A stretch of 32,000 nucleotides of DNA from Methanococcus maripaludis (GTDB lineage: Archaea; AGJL01; Methanococci; Methanococcales; Methanococcaceae): assembly GCF_002945325.1 (NCBI RefSeq), contig NZ_CP026606.1, positions 570,001-602,000 on the forward strand, read 5' to 3'. Below the pieces are notes generated by a model. That model was not told the origin of the DNA. It made no database searches and saw only the letters and a program-made list of their open reading frames with translations. The position numbers and the translations under genes are program-made. Each line of letters opens with the position of its first letter. Within the stretch, counting starts at the first letter, position 1. This document shows positions 6,808 through 17,344 of the stretch, piece after piece.

Positions 6808-6927
6808 CAAGCACTATTGAAAATTTGCATTGTTAATTATCTTTTTTTAAAGGATTATAAACCCTAATTTTTTTAATTTATTTTAAAAATAAAAAGTAAA
6901 AAAAAGTAATAAATTTTGGTTCCTGTA

Positions 6928-7029
6928 TTATTCCTTATTATTTTTTAGCGTTTTATGGAGGAAATATGCTGAACCTCCCCATAAAACGATTGCTCCAAAT
7001 AAGAACATTATTATGGCACCGGTACTCAT
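6928..7029 (-). CDS. MetS-like small single-TM subunit of an NSS-type amino-acid importer (33 aa)
   Basis: Absent from the ORF track. The peptide is MSTGAIIMFLFGAIVLWGGSAYFLHKTLKNNKE. ATG 7029 is preceded by GGAGGTAATAAG, which starts directly after the transporter's stop codon (7042-7044). The single TM helix with a WGG motif resembles the MaAIMP_sms/MetS family. Confidence 0.65.
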   Translation of the reverse strand: MSTGAIIMFLFGAIVLWGGSAYFLHKTLKNNKE

Positions 7030-7041
7030 CTTATTACCTCC

Positions 7042-8553
7042 TTATTCTTCATCCTTTTTTACAAACTCGTCCCATTCTTCGATTTCTCTTCCTTTATCAA
7101 TCCATGGAATCATTGGCATAATTAATGAAACCACAAGACCAAATACTGGAATTCCAAGGCTCAACAATAAAAATATTGGTGCATAGCCTTCGTAGCCTAA
7201 AGTTAATTCTGTCCAAGCTCCATTCAATATCATGTATATCAAGAACAATGGAGAGAATATTCCTGCAAAGAATTTCCAGAAAGATCCTAAATTGTATTCT
7301 GAAAGGTTGTCGATGTATTTTTCGAGTTTGCTTCCTTTAAATATCCATATTGAAACGATTATTTCAAGTACTGCAACAAGCGGAATTGTAAACCAGTTGA
7401 TGTAGTGGTCTACTGAATCCAACCAGTAAAGACCTGCGTTTGTTGCATAAATTAAACTTGCAAAGAAGCTAGTTGCAATAACTGCTGAAGCTGCTTTGTG
7501 TCTTGGAAGATTAAACTTATCAATTACCGCTGATGCAGTTGATTCAACAAGTGAAACTGATGAGGAAATTCCTGCAACAAATAGTGCGATAAAGAATATT
7601 GCAGCAAGTATAATTCCTCCAGGCATTAATGAAAGTGCTTGTGGGAATGCAACGAATGCTAAACCGATACTTTGTGTTACAACTTCTGAAATAGGTACTC
7701 CTTGTGTCATTGCCATGTATCCGAGTGTTCCAAATACCGCAAATCCTGCCAAGAATGAAAATCCACAGTTCATTAATGAAATTGTAAATGCACTTGCAGT
7801 TAAGTCTGATTTTTTAGGTAAGTAGCTTGAATATGCTACCATGATACCAAATCCAAGACTCAATGTAAAGAATATCTGGGAAAATGCATCAATCCAAACT
7901 TTAGGTGTTAATAACACCGCAAAATTAGGCGTTAAATAGTATTCAATACCCATAAGACCGCCAGGTAAGGTAATGCTCCTTACAACGAGTGCGAGAATTA
8001 GGAAAAATAATACGGGCATTAAAATTTCATTTGCTTTTTCAAGACCTTTTCTAACTCCTGAATTTACAACAATGTAATTTACACCCCATATCAAAGCCAA
8101 TCCTACCAATATTGGCAAGTTAAATCCTCCAAGGTCCCCGTGACCTGAAGAAAGTGCTAAAATATCACTAAAGAAAAATCCGCCAAAATCAGTTGGGAAT
8201 CCGACCATAAATAATTTAACAAGGTATACTAATGCCCATGCAATAATTGCAGTATAGTACGTCGTAATTATAAATGCAGTAGCTATTGCAAGCCAGCCTA
8301 TCCATTCAAAGTTCTTTCCAAGCCTTCTCAATGCCAGAGGTGCTGAACCTTTTGTTGAATGCCCCAAAGCAAGCTCTAAAACCATTACCATTATACCAAC
8401 AAACAATAAAGCAACAAAATAAGGAATTAAAAACGCTCCACCACCATTTTCATATGCCATATATGGAAAACGCCATATATTTCCAAGACCAACTGCAGAA
8501 CCGACTGCCGCTAAAATGAAACCCATCTTAGAGGCCCACTGTTCTCTTGCCAT
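7042..8553 (-). CDS. Sodium-dependent transporter, neurotransmitter:sodium symporter (NSS/SNF) family
   Basis: A 503-aa polytopic ORF. The N-terminal signature is WASKMGFILAAVGSAVGLGNIWRFPY. The strong SD GGTGGTGATC lies upstream of ATG 8553. Confidence 0.9.
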   Translation of the reverse strand: MAREQWASKMGFILAAVGSAVGLGNIWRFPYMAYENGGGAFLIPYFVALLFVGIMVMVLELALGHSTKGSAPLALRRLGKNFEWIGWLAIATAFIITTYYTAIIAWALVYLVKLFMVGFPTDFGGFFFSDILALSSGHGDLGGFNLPILVGLALIWGVNYIVVNSGVRKGLEKANEILMPVLFFLILALVVRSITLPGGLMGIEYYLTPNFAVLLTPKVWIDAFSQIFFTLSLGFGIMVAYSSYLPKKSDLTASAFTISLMNCGFSFLAGFAVFGTLGYMAMTQGVPISEVVTQSIGLAFVAFPQALSLMPGGIILAAIFFIALFVAGISSSVSLVESTASAVIDKFNLPRHKAASAVIATSFFASLIYATNAGLYWLDSVDHYINWFTIPLVAVLEIIVSIWIFKGSKLEKYIDNLSEYNLGSFWKFFAGIFSPLFLIYMILNGAWTELTLGYEGYAPIFLLLSLGIPVFGLVVSLIMPMIPWIDKGREIEEWDEFVKKDEE

Positions 8554-8602
8554 ACGATCACCACCATTTTTTGTAATACAAACGTTAATTTTTAAAATTT
8601 AA

Positions 8603-8615
8603 ATTATATATAAAT
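8603..8615 (-). promoter_or_regulatory. TATA box for the NSS transporter unit
   Basis: The minus strand reads ATTTATATATAAT, about 50-60 nt upstream of ATG 8553. Confidence 0.4.
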
Positions 8616-8669
8616 TGTCATTTAGATTTGAACAAATCGCCATTAAAAAATAGCTTTTGGAAAAATAGG

Positions 8670-8694
8670 TAATAAAAACTAAAAAAAGAAAAAA
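8670..8694 (-). terminator. Oligo-T terminator after the PfkB kinase gene
   Basis: The minus strand reads TAA-TTTTTTCTTTTTTTAGTTTTTATT directly after the stop at 8695-8697. Confidence 0.4.
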
Positions 8695-9603
8695 TTATAG
8701 AAGGTTGTTTTCGTTAAGTCGTTCAATAACCATGTCCCATGATGGAAGGTTGGTTTGACATCCCACCTGCTCTACAACAAAAGAAGCTACACATGAACCT
8801 GCAAGTCCACAATTCTTTAAATCGTGCCCTTTTAAATACGCAGTTAAAAATCCAGCTCTGTAGCTGTCTCCCGCACCAGTTGGATCTTTTGCTTGAGTTA
8901 ATACCGCAGGAACTTTAATTGCATCATCTTCTGAATATATGATGCTTCCCTGTTTTCCATAAGTTACAATTAAAACTTTAACTCGACTAATCAGCTCTTT
9001 TTCAGAAATATTCAATAAATCAAGGGTTCTCTGGAATTCGTGGTTGTTCATGAATAAAAAATCAACGTTTTCGATGATGTTTTCCATGTTTTCTTTAGAA
9101 TATAATGTTAAATCCTGTCCTGGATCAAATGATACGAGAATTCCTTTCGAACTTGCTTTTTGTGCACATTTTAAATTGTAATTTGGGTCTCCAGTTGCAA
9201 GGTGTACAATTTCTGAATCAAATTCTGGAACTTCGATTTCAGGGTAGTGTTTTGCAGCACCCCATAAAAAGTACGTTATCTGGTTGTTTTGAGGATCAGT
9301 AAAGATCCATGCCTTTGGAGTTTCTTCTTCCTCTGAAACAAACACGCTTTTGGTTGAAACGCCCAATTTTTCTAAATATTCTCCATATCCTGAAGCTTTA
9401 AAGTCAGTTCCAACACATGAAAGTATTTCTGATTTTACGCCTAAATTTGCAATTTCTGCTGCAACATTACATGCAGCACCGCCATAGTATTTTTTAGCAG
9501 TTGGAATCTGCATTGAAGTGTTTAATTCTGGAAATTTATCCACATTGAATATATAATCAAGTGCAATATGACCTACCGCCGTTATTTTACCAATTTTGTC
9601 CAT
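8695..9603 (-). CDS. PfkB/ribokinase-family kinase, probable nucleoside kinase (MJ0406-like)
   Basis: The ORF track gives 8695..9606 with a TTG start. ATG 9603 has GGTGG 4 nt upstream. Motifs GGAACNVA and DPTGAGDSYRAGF fit the ribokinase family. At about 300 aa it resembles the M. jannaschii nucleoside kinase. Confidence 0.75.
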   Translation of the reverse strand: MDKIGKITAVGHIALDYIFNVDKFPELNTSMQIPTAKKYYGGAACNVAAEIANLGVKSEILSCVGTDFKASGYGEYLEKLGVSTKSVFVSEEEETPKAWIFTDPQNNQITYFLWGAAKHYPEIEVPEFDSEIVHLATGDPNYNLKCAQKASSKGILVSFDPGQDLTLYSKENMENIIENVDFLFMNNHEFQRTLDLLNISEKELISRVKVLIVTYGKQGSIIYSEDDAIKVPAVLTQAKDPTGAGDSYRAGFLTAYLKGHDLKNCGLAGSCVASFVVEQVGCQTNLPSWDMVIERLNENNLL

Positions 9604-9632
9604 CAAACCACCAAAACGTATATTAAATTACT

Positions 9633-10349
9633 TTATTTTACTGCTTCAATTGCTTCTTTTAAATTTATCAGGTTTTTATAAATTGCAGAACCCACTACTA
9701 CCCCATATACCCCGATTTCTTTTAATTTTAAAAGGTCATCGATTGTTGTAACGCCGCCTGATGCTACAATAGGTATTTTCAAGTTTTCGACAAGTTCTTT
9801 TGTTGGTTCGATATTTATTCCATTTAAAAGACCTTCACTATCCACGTTTGTAAATAAAATACTTCCAGCGCCCATTTCTTCGAGTATTTTTCCAATTTTA
9901 ACAGGAGTGTATTTTGTTTTTTCTTTCCAGCCTTTTATTACAACTTTGCCGTCTTTTGCATCAAGTGAAACCATTATTTTTTCACTGCCGATACGTTTAG
10001 AAAGTTCTTTTATTATTTCAGGAGTTTCTACAGCAATAGTTCCAATAATTACTTTTTTAGCCCCTTTTTCAACGAGGTATTCCGCATCTTCGATCGATCG
10101 AATTCCGCCACCAATTTGAACGGGAACTCCTGATGTTTTAATTATTTCTTCGATAAATTCATCGTTTACCCGTTTTCCATCAAGTGCTCCATCAAGGTCC
10201 ACGAGGTGAAGCATTTCTGCACCTTCATTTACCCATTTTTTTGCAATTTCAGGAGGATTATCTAATTCAACGTGTTTCTTATCAGGATTTCCCTGGATAA
10301 GCTGTACACATTTTTTATTTTTCATATCAACTGCAGGAATAACTAGCAC
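9633..10349 (-). CDS. hisA: ProFAR isomerase HisA (histidine biosynthesis)
   Basis: Motifs are [24 protein letters not shown] and SGGV. The ORF track starts at GTG 10358, but that GTG lies inside AAGGTGA. GTG 10349 sits 5 nt after the SD and gives MLVIPAVD. Confidence 0.88.
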   Translation of the reverse strand: MLVIPAVDMKNKKCVQLIQGNPDKKHVELDNPPEIAKKWVNEGAEMLHLVDLDGALDGKRVNDEFIEEIIKTSGVPVQIGGGIRSIEDAEYLVEKGAKKVIIGTIAVETPEIIKELSKRIGSEKIMVSLDAKDGKVVIKGWKEKTKYTPVKIGKILEEMGAGSILFTNVDSEGLLNGINIEPTKELVENLKIPIVASGGVTTIDDLLKLKEIGVYGVVVGSAIYKNLINLKEAIEAVK

Positions 10350-10556
10350 AATATTCACCTTACTGTAAATACGTCTTAAAAAATAGAAAATTTACGTATG
10401 CTAAAAATCTATTTTACATTAAATTTCAAGCTATATATGAATATCTAAAAAATAAAAAAAGATTCAAAACCAAAACATTCTAAAAATGTAAAATTATGAT
10501 TTAATAAATAACGTTAAAAAAGTTAAAAAAGCTAAAAATTTAGGTAAATACGGGAA

Positions 10557-11153
10557 TTATTTGGTTTTATCATCAAATTTGATATTTAAATAGCATTTAT
10601 CAACGTATTTTTGGAAAAATCCAATTATTAAGAATACTAGAACAAATGAAATTATTTTATCGAATAAATTTATGATAAATCCGCTAACAAATACTGCATT
10701 GTAAACGCTCATCCCACTACCTGCAAGATATATTGTTACATCATCGATTGGTGAGCCAGTAATTCCGCCAAACAAATAGTATGCAATTATATTTCCAACA
10801 ATCGTTCCAATTAACGCGAGAATTATTGTTGTTATAACCACATATTTCACATTGAACGGGTATTTTTTAAAAATAATTCCTGTAACAAACCCAATCAAAA
10901 TATTGACTATTGCAAAATAGTACAGTCCAGAATAAATAAAAAATCCTTCGATTAAATTTGTTAAAAGGCCGACTAAACTGCCGAATAAGGGTCCCAATAA
11001 CACAGCTGCCAAAATAGTTCCAGTACTATCTAAAAATGCAGGCAGTTGAAGGTATGTAACAGCCTGGGATCCTAGAATATTCAGACCCAGACTTATTGCA
11101 ACCACGTAAGCACAGTCGTTAATCCGGCATCTTGAATGATTTAGTCTTTTCAT
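10557..11153 (-). CDS. ECF-transporter S-component-like membrane protein (substrate unknown)
   Basis: A 198-aa ORF with 5-6 TM helices. LPAFLDSTGTILAAVLLGPLFGSLVGLLTNLIEG resembles solitary S components. GGAGGT lies 9 nt before ATG 11153. Confidence 0.5.
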   Translation of the reverse strand: MKRLNHSRCRINDCAYVVAISLGLNILGSQAVTYLQLPAFLDSTGTILAAVLLGPLFGSLVGLLTNLIEGFFIYSGLYYFAIVNILIGFVTGIIFKKYPFNVKYVVITTIILALIGTIVGNIIAYYLFGGITGSPIDDVTIYLAGSGMSVYNAVFVSGFIINLFDKIISFVLVFLIIGFFQKYVDKCYLNIKFDDKTK

Positions 11154-11195
11154 AATACTCTACCTCCAAAGTATCATGATAATATTTTTGGACAT

Positions 11196-11213
11196 TTAAT
11201 TATATATAATTAA
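11196..11213 (-). promoter_or_regulatory. Palindromic TATA element TTAATTATATATAATTAA upstream of the S-component gene
   Basis: Read directly, 43-60 nt upstream of ATG 11153. Confidence 0.35.
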
Positions 11214-11240
11214 GTTTAGTCCCCGACATAATATAAAAAA

Positions 11241-12884
11241 TTAAAGGTATCTTACCCGTTTTTCAACCTCTTTTATGCATTCCAAAACCGATTCAGCCAG
11301 TTCATACGTTTTGTATCCTTCAATTATCTTATTCCAGACTGGATCAAATTTATCGTAGTGGATACTCATTATCGATTTTTTTAAGACTATCAAATCAATT
11401 GCCTTGTCTTCAATTAAATCGCTGTATTTTCCAAGCCCGAAATCTATTATATAGGGATTTTTTGAAATTATAAAGTTTGAAGTTGTTAAATCATTGTGCA
11501 CAATTCCACTGCCATGCATTTTTCCAATAGTTTCCCCCAAACTTTTACAAAATTCGATATTTCCATCTTCAATTTCGTCTTTTGCAATTTTTCCGTGAAT
11601 GTAGCTCATTGTAATTTTTTTGTTCTCTTTATCGATGTCATAAATGCTTGGTGCATAAATTCCAAATTCTTTAACTGCTGCCAAGAATCGGGCTTCTTTT
11701 ACTGTTCTTCTTGTCCTTATCAAGTCATCCAGTTTTAAAATACGGTATCCTTTTTTAACTCGCTCTTTTGTAATAGATTCAAATTCTAAATACCTTCCTT
11801 TTGAAATATCGGCTTCAGCGCCTTTTCCGATTAAATGTTTTGGAATTTTTCGAGATTTAATATTTCCATTTTCTAAAGTTTTATTTTCGTCATGTATCCA
11901 GTTAACTTCGACCATGTCACTTCGATAGTTTGAAATCGGTTTTGTATCGTTCAAATCCATTCTTTTTCCATTTAAATACTGCAAAATTCCAAGCCATGCA
12001 ATCATTGCACCGTTATCGCCACAAAACTGTTTTTCTGGAACGTAAAAATCAACATTCTGCTCTTCACACATAATATTAAGCATTTCTTTTAACCGATTAT
12101 TTGCAGCAACTCCCCCAACAAGCATTACTTCGGCTTTATTAGTATGTGCAAGCGCTCTTTCGGTGATTTCTGTGAGCATTGAAAATGAAGTTTCCTGCAA
12201 TGAGTAGCATACATCTTCAATTCTTTCTTTTGAATCGTATTTTTTCATTGCAGACGTTAATAACCCTGAAAGAGAAAGATCCATTCCTTTAACGGTGTAC
12301 GGAAGCTTTATAAACTTATTTCCATCTTTTGCATATTTCTCAACGTAAACTCCACCAGGATGTGGTAAATTACAGTGCCTTGCAAACTGGTCGAGACAGT
12401 TTCCTATCGCAATATCGAGAGTTTCACCAATTACACGGTATTTTTTTCCAGTGTATGCTAAAACTTGAGTGTTTCCGCCACTTACATATAATGTAAGCGG
12501 GTCCACTGCCTCAGTTGTTAATTTTCCAATTTCCACGTGACCGATACAGTGATTTACCCCAATTATGGGTTTATTTATTGAAAGAGAAAGTGCTCTTGCA
12601 GTTGTTGCAGTAACCCTCAAACTTGGACCAAGTCCCGGACCTAGTGAAAATGAAACGAGGTCAATTTTTTCGAGAGGAACTTCGTTTAATGCTTCTTTTA
12701 AAAGTTTCACAAAAGTTTCCGCGTGGTGATCTGCGGCTTCTCTTGGGTGAATTCCCTGTACAGGCGGAGTATAAATTATTGTTTTGTTAAACAGAACTTC
12801 GCCCTTTGAAGTAATTATTCCAACACCGGATTTTTCAGCAGTTCCCTCAAATCCAATACATATTAAGTCTTTAGAATTATCCAT
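11241..12884 (-). CDS. kae1: Fused Kae1-Bud32 (tRNA t6A threonylcarbamoyltransferase plus atypical kinase), MJ1130 type
   Basis: The Kae1 half has [13 protein letters not shown] and [11 protein letters not shown]. The Bud32 half has [16 protein letters not shown] and IDFGLG. The ORF track starts at GTG 12893; ATG 12884 has GGTGG 5 nt upstream. Confidence 0.92.
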   Translation of the reverse strand: MDNSKDLICIGFEGTAEKSGVGIITSKGEVLFNKTIIYTPPVQGIHPREAADHHAETFVKLLKEALNEVPLEKIDLVSFSLGPGLGPSLRVTATTARALSLSINKPIIGVNHCIGHVEIGKLTTEAVDPLTLYVSGGNTQVLAYTGKKYRVIGETLDIAIGNCLDQFARHCNLPHPGGVYVEKYAKDGNKFIKLPYTVKGMDLSLSGLLTSAMKKYDSKERIEDVCYSLQETSFSMLTEITERALAHTNKAEVMLVGGVAANNRLKEMLNIMCEEQNVDFYVPEKQFCGDNGAMIAWLGILQYLNGKRMDLNDTKPISNYRSDMVEVNWIHDENKTLENGNIKSRKIPKHLIGKGAEADISKGRYLEFESITKERVKKGYRILKLDDLIRTRRTVKEARFLAAVKEFGIYAPSIYDIDKENKKITMSYIHGKIAKDEIEDGNIEFCKSLGETIGKMHGSGIVHNDLTTSNFIISKNPYIIDFGLGKYSDLIEDKAIDLIVLKKSIMSIHYDKFDPVWNKIIEGYKTYELAESVLECIKEVEKRVRYL

Positions 12885-13056
12885 GATAGCCACCAGTTAA
12901 TAAAACGTAAAATAATTAGTTTTTAAAAAAAAGATCAATACAAATAAACACCGTAAAACACAGTAATTAATTTTTTATATTGTGTATCCCAATTAAACAT
13001 ATAAATTTTATGTAAATTACCAGTACAACTAGATCCTTACTAAATAGAGGGAAAAA

Positions 13057-14925
13057 ATGAAAACACTTTTAATACATTCCGATTATTTGGAATTTGAAGC
13101 CAAGGAAAAAACCAAGGTTGCAGAAAAAACTGATGTTTTAAATGGGAAAATGGATGAATGTTTAACCGTTTTTATCGCTGTTGAAAAAGATGATGAATCT
13201 GATCCAAATGCTGTCGTTAAAAACGCTGTTGAAGAAATAATTAAAACTGCAGATAATTTAAAAGTGAAAAACGTTGTAGTTTACCCTTATGCACATTTAT
13301 CAAGTGATTTAGGGTCTCCAGCTACTGCAAAAGAAATTTTAGCAGAAATTGAAAGCGAACTTTCAAATAACTACGAAGTATTGAGAGCACCATTTGGATG
13401 GTACAAATCATTTAAAATAAGCTGTAAAGGACACCCGTTAAGCGAACTCTCAAGAAAAATAACAACTGACAGAAAAGAAGAAGTTAAAAAAGAAAAAGTT
13501 GTTTCAAAATTTTACATCATAGATGGAGAAAGTCAAAATCTTACCGAAGTTAACGATGAAATTATCTCCAAAATGGACGACAAAAGACTTTTAGCTCTTT
13601 TAAAACACGAACTCGAAATTAAAGAAGAAGCAACTGAAAGAGGAGAACCGCCTCACGTAAAATACATTAAAGAAAAGGAAATATGCGATTATGAACCAAG
13701 TTCAGATGCAGGACATTTCCGATGGTATCCAAAAGGAAAATTAATAAGGGATTTACTCTCAGACTACGTTTATAACCTCGTTGTAGAACGTGGAGGAATG
13801 CCTGTTGAAACACCTGTAATGTACGACCTTCAAAATAACGCGATAAGAGAACACGCAGATAAATTTGGAGAAAGACAGTACAGATTTACACAAGGCGGAA
13901 AAGATTTAATGCTTCGATTCGCAGCTTGCTTTGGCCAATTCATGATGAAAAAAGACATGTATCTTTTACCAAAACACCTGCCTTTAAGATTATACGAACT
14001 CTCAACCTACAGCTTCAGGTACGAACAAAGAGGAGAATTAGTTGGTTTAAAAAGATTAAGAGCATTTACAATGCCAGATATGCATACAGTATGTATGGAT
14101 ATGAAACAGGCAATGGAAGCATTTGAAGACCAGCTTTGGATGGGTTTAAAAACTGGAGATGACTTTAAAACCCCTTATGCAATAATATTTAGATTCACAC
14201 AAGACTTCTTTGACGAAAATAAAGAATGGTTCTTTGCAATGGCAAAAGAATACAAACAAAAATACGGAAAAGATGCAATTTTAGAAATCTTATCCGGAAG
14301 AAAACACTACTGGGTTGGAAAAGTAGATATGGCAGTTGTTGACAGCTTTGGAAGACCTATTGAAAACCCAACCGTTCAAATCGACGTTGAAAGTGCTGAA
14401 AGATTTGGAATCGTTGTTCACGACGGCGACAAAAAAGTTCACCCAATTATCCTCCACTGCTCCCCAACAGGAAGTGTTGAAAGAGTTTTATGTGGTCTTT
14501 TAGAAAATGCTTACTTAAGTACCTTAGAAAATAAACCACCTGCACTTCCAACATGGTTAACCCCTATTCAAGCAAGAGTTATTCCGGTAGGGGATAAACA
14601 TGAAGAATACGCTCTTGAAGTTGTGAATAAATTAAGAGCATCAGGAATTAGAGCTGACTTCGACGATAGAGAAGAAAGCATGGGTAAAAAAATTAGAAAC
14701 GCTGGAACTGACTGGGTAAACTACGTTGTTGTAGTTGGTGACAGTGAAATGGAAAGCGGTAAACTAACCGTAACAGTTAGGGAAGAATCAGAACTGAAAA
14801 AACCTAAAAAAGAATCATTGTCTGTTGAAAAATTGATTGAAAAAATAAGTTCTGAAACAATTGGCGCACCAAAAAGACCGCTTCCACTTCCTATGAAGTG
14901 CTCAATGCAGCCCATCTTTAGATAA
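13057..14925 (+). CDS. thrS: Threonyl-tRNA synthetase, archaeal type with N-terminal archaeal editing domain
   Basis: A 622-aa ORF. The N-terminus MKTLLIHSDYLEFEAKEKTK is typical of the archaeal editing domain. Class II core motifs are FRYEQRGEL and RLRAFTMPDMH, and a C-terminal anticodon-binding domain is present. Confidence 0.92.
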   Translation: MKTLLIHSDYLEFEAKEKTKVAEKTDVLNGKMDECLTVFIAVEKDDESDPNAVVKNAVEEIIKTADNLKVKNVVVYPYAHLSSDLGSPATAKEILAEIESELSNNYEVLRAPFGWYKSFKISCKGHPLSELSRKITTDRKEEVKKEKVVSKFYIIDGESQNLTEVNDEIISKMDDKRLLALLKHELEIKEEATERGEPPHVKYIKEKEICDYEPSSDAGHFRWYPKGKLIRDLLSDYVYNLVVERGGMPVETPVMYDLQNNAIREHADKFGERQYRFTQGGKDLMLRFAACFGQFMMKKDMYLLPKHLPLRLYELSTYSFRYEQRGELVGLKRLRAFTMPDMHTVCMDMKQAMEAFEDQLWMGLKTGDDFKTPYAIIFRFTQDFFDENKEWFFAMAKEYKQKYGKDAILEILSGRKHYWVGKVDMAVVDSFGRPIENPTVQIDVESAERFGIVVHDGDKKVHPIILHCSPTGSVERVLCGLLENAYLSTLENKPPALPTWLTPIQARVIPVGDKHEEYALEVVNKLRASGIRADFDDREESMGKKIRNAGTDWVNYVVVVGDSEMESGKLTVTVREESELKKPKKESLSVEKLIEKISSETIGAPKRPLPLPMKCSMQPIFR

Positions 14926-14931
14926 TTTAAA

Positions 14932-14958
14932 TTTTTAAACTTTTTTAAAATCTTTTTT
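14932..14958 (+). terminator. Oligo-T tracts after thrS
   Basis: TTTTTAAACTTTTTTAAAATCTTTTTT starts 7 nt after the stop. Confidence 0.4.
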
Positions 14959-14998
14959 GAAATAATTAAAAATAATAAAAAGAGTAATTACTTAGTAT

Positions 14999-17194
14999 TT
15001 ATTTAGTCTTAAATTCATCTGCATCTTCTGCTAATTTTCTTGAAATATCCATCATTCTCTCTGCTGAAGCATCTATTTCTTCAACAGCCCTATTTTGTTC
15101 TTCTGAGGATGCGGTTAGCTCTTCTGCTGTTGCTGCAAACTCTTCGGAAATTGATGCGATATCTTGCACGTTTCTAAGTGCTTCTTGAGTATTGTTCGAT
15201 GCATTTTTAGCATTGTCTTTAATTTGTGCAATCATTTTTGCGGATGTTTCAACGCTTTCTTTTATTTTCATAAATGCGCTGTTAACTTCATCAATTGCAA
15301 CAACTCCCCTATCAACTTCATCTCTTCCTGCAAGGCCTAAATCAATTGTTGTTTCAACTTTTTTGTTAATTCCATTGATTGTTCTATTGATATCTTCAAC
15401 GGATTTCTTAATTTCTTCTGCTAAAGATTTAATTTCACTTGCAACGACAGCAAAGCCTTTTCCAGCATCTCCTGCACGAGCAGCTTCAATTGATGCATTT
15501 AGTGCTAAAAGTCCAGTCTGTTCTGCAACATCTTTAATTAAAACTGTAACTTCGTTGATTTTTTTGGATTCTTCCCCAAGTTCTTGAATAGATTTTCCAA
15601 GTTCGTCAATTACATTTGTAATTTTCTGCATGGTGTCTATTGCATTTTCAACCTTTTTAACACCAGTTTCTGAATTATCTTTTACTTCGATTGCTGAATC
15701 AACGCTCTGTTCTGCATCATTATATACCATATCTGCAGCTTTCGCAGTTTTTTCAAGGTCATCGGAAGTATCCTGTAATTTTGCGGATTGATCAGCTGCA
15801 GCAGTTGCAACCTGATTTGCAGCATCGGTAACCTGTTCTGAAGTTTCTTTAGCTCTTTTCAGCCCTTCACTAACATCTTCAAGTTCGCCACTTAATACTG
15901 TGATTTCTGACTTCAAATTTTCCATCATTTTTGAAACATTTTCAATTGCATGGTTAATTGTTTTTTGAAGTTTATTTCGTTCCCTGTTTTCGTCAGCCCT
16001 TATTGAAAAGTCTCCTTCTGCAAGGTGATTCATAACCTCAAATATTTCTTTTAAAGTATTTGCAAGGGATAACTTATCTGCATCCAGTATTGAGTGCAGT
16101 TCTTTAATGTCATTGGCCATTTTATTAAATGAATCTGCAAGATCCTCTAATTCATCGCCAGTTTTCACAGTTATTGTGTGATCATAGTTTCCGCTACCAA
16201 ATTTATGTACCCCATCTTCTAATTGATTGAGGGGTTTTGTAATACTTCTTGAAGAAATTAAAGAAATAACCACAGCAATTAACAGTCCAAATAATGCAAT
16301 AATTATCGTATTATTTCTTGCATTGTTGACCATTTGTGTAAATTGAGCTTCTGGAGTTCCTACAAAGAGCATACCTATTGTAGCACCATTTGAATCTTTT
16401 AGAGGTACATATTTTGTAAGGAAACTTTGTCCAACAACATTTGCACTACCCATAAATTCAGTGTTTTCTTTTACAACTGTGTTATATACTACATCTGATG
16501 CAGTGGTTCCCACAGCTCGGCTATTTCCTGAAACTACACTCGTGGATATTCTGTAATTTTCTAAAAATAGCGTAGATTCGTCACCAGTTGAAGCTTTTAT
16601 ACTATCAACCAAAGCATGATCATTATTTAGAACATCGATGAATGCAACATATCCAAGTGTTCCTGCATCATCATAGATAGGATACGCCACCACAATTGAT
16701 AGTGCCGAATCAGTGCCTGTAACGTCTGCATCACTAAATTTTAAAGCAGTTTGTTCAGGTATTTTTTCAAATCCTGATTTCTCAGAGGATTTTGAAACTT
16801 TTAAAATTGTTGAATCTAATGTTATACCTTCACCAGATGAAGAAGCAATTGTACTTCCCCCATTACCCGTAAATATTACCAAATCAGCGTTAGAAGCACT
16901 TTTGAGCGTTTCAGCCCTTAATTCAAGGTCATCTACATTTCCAGTTTTGATACTAGTTTTTACACCTTGAGTGTATGAGGCATATTCTGCCAAAGTACAA
17001 AGTTCGGTAAATCTACTGTCCATGATGGTATTTGCCATCTCATTGCTTGATTCCAATTTATCCGCAGATTGTTCCTTCATATCCTGTGTAATAGTATTAT
17101 TTGAAACAATACCGAGGATCGCAATTGGAATTATGACTGTTATTATTGAAAATATTAAAAGTTTTGTTCCAATTTTTTTAGTACCCAATTTCAT
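14999..17194 (-). CDS. Methyl-accepting chemotaxis protein with a large extracytoplasmic sensor domain and HAMP
   Basis: TM1 is [20 protein letters not shown], followed by an extracytoplasmic region of about 270 aa and TM2 [19 protein letters not shown]. The HAMP region is [19 protein letters not shown]...[13 protein letters not shown]. The signalling hairpin is [33 protein letters not shown]. The ORF track starts at GTG 17203; ATG 17194 has AAGGTG 6 nt upstream. Confidence 0.9.
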   Translation of the reverse strand: MKLGTKKIGTKLLIFSIITVIIPIAILGIVSNNTITQDMKEQSADKLESSNEMANTIMDSRFTELCTLAEYASYTQGVKTSIKTGNVDDLELRAETLKSASNADLVIFTGNGGSTIASSSGEGITLDSTILKVSKSSEKSGFEKIPEQTALKFSDADVTGTDSALSIVVAYPIYDDAGTLGYVAFIDVLNNDHALVDSIKASTGDESTLFLENYRISTSVVSGNSRAVGTTASDVVYNTVVKENTEFMGSANVVGQSFLTKYVPLKDSNGATIGMLFVGTPEAQFTQMVNNARNNTIIIALFGLLIAVVISLISSRSITKPLNQLEDGVHKFGSGNYDHTITVKTGDELEDLADSFNKMANDIKELHSILDADKLSLANTLKEIFEVMNHLAEGDFSIRADENRERNKLQKTINHAIENVSKMMENLKSEITVLSGELEDVSEGLKRAKETSEQVTDAANQVATAAADQSAKLQDTSDDLEKTAKAADMVYNDAEQSVDSAIEVKDNSETGVKKVENAIDTMQKITNVIDELGKSIQELGEESKKINEVTVLIKDVAEQTGLLALNASIEAARAGDAGKGFAVVASEIKSLAEEIKKSVEDINRTINGINKKVETTIDLGLAGRDEVDRGVVAIDEVNSAFMKIKESVETSAKMIAQIKDNAKNASNNTQEALRNVQDIASISEEFAATAEELTASSEEQNRAVEEIDASAERMMDISRKLAEDADEFKTK

Positions 17195-17344
17195 TAGTGA
17201 CACCTTTATATCTCCCCAATTATTCTGTCAAATCCTAACTATATATTGTTTTTATGTGGGTCTTTGTGTAGGTACATCGGTTTAAGGTTAAAAAAGGAAT
17301 TAAAAATGTAAGTGTAATATTAAATAAAATCGAAAAAAAAGAGA

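Noticed and set aside
5404-8519. Track ORFs 5404..5637, 7125..7340, 7496..7825 and 8286..8519 (plus strand)
   Set aside because: All lie antisense inside the marker-7-like gene or the NSS transporter gene. Their compositions mirror the sense-strand codons.
9105-11738. Track ORFs 9105..9302, 9907..10119 and 11496..11738 (plus strand)
   Set aside because: They are antisense within the PfkB kinase, hisA and kae1-bud32 genes, with no independent support.
13926-14915. Track ORFs 13926..14126 (plus, out of frame) and 14721..14915 (minus) within thrS
   Set aside because: They are embedded in a confidently identified thrS reading frame.
15192-17285. Track ORFs 15192..15587, 16713..16970 and 16971..17285 (plus strand)
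   Set aside because: They are antisense to the chemoreceptor gene. Their Ser/Ala/Leu-rich sequences are the mirror of the Ala/Glu-rich sense codons.
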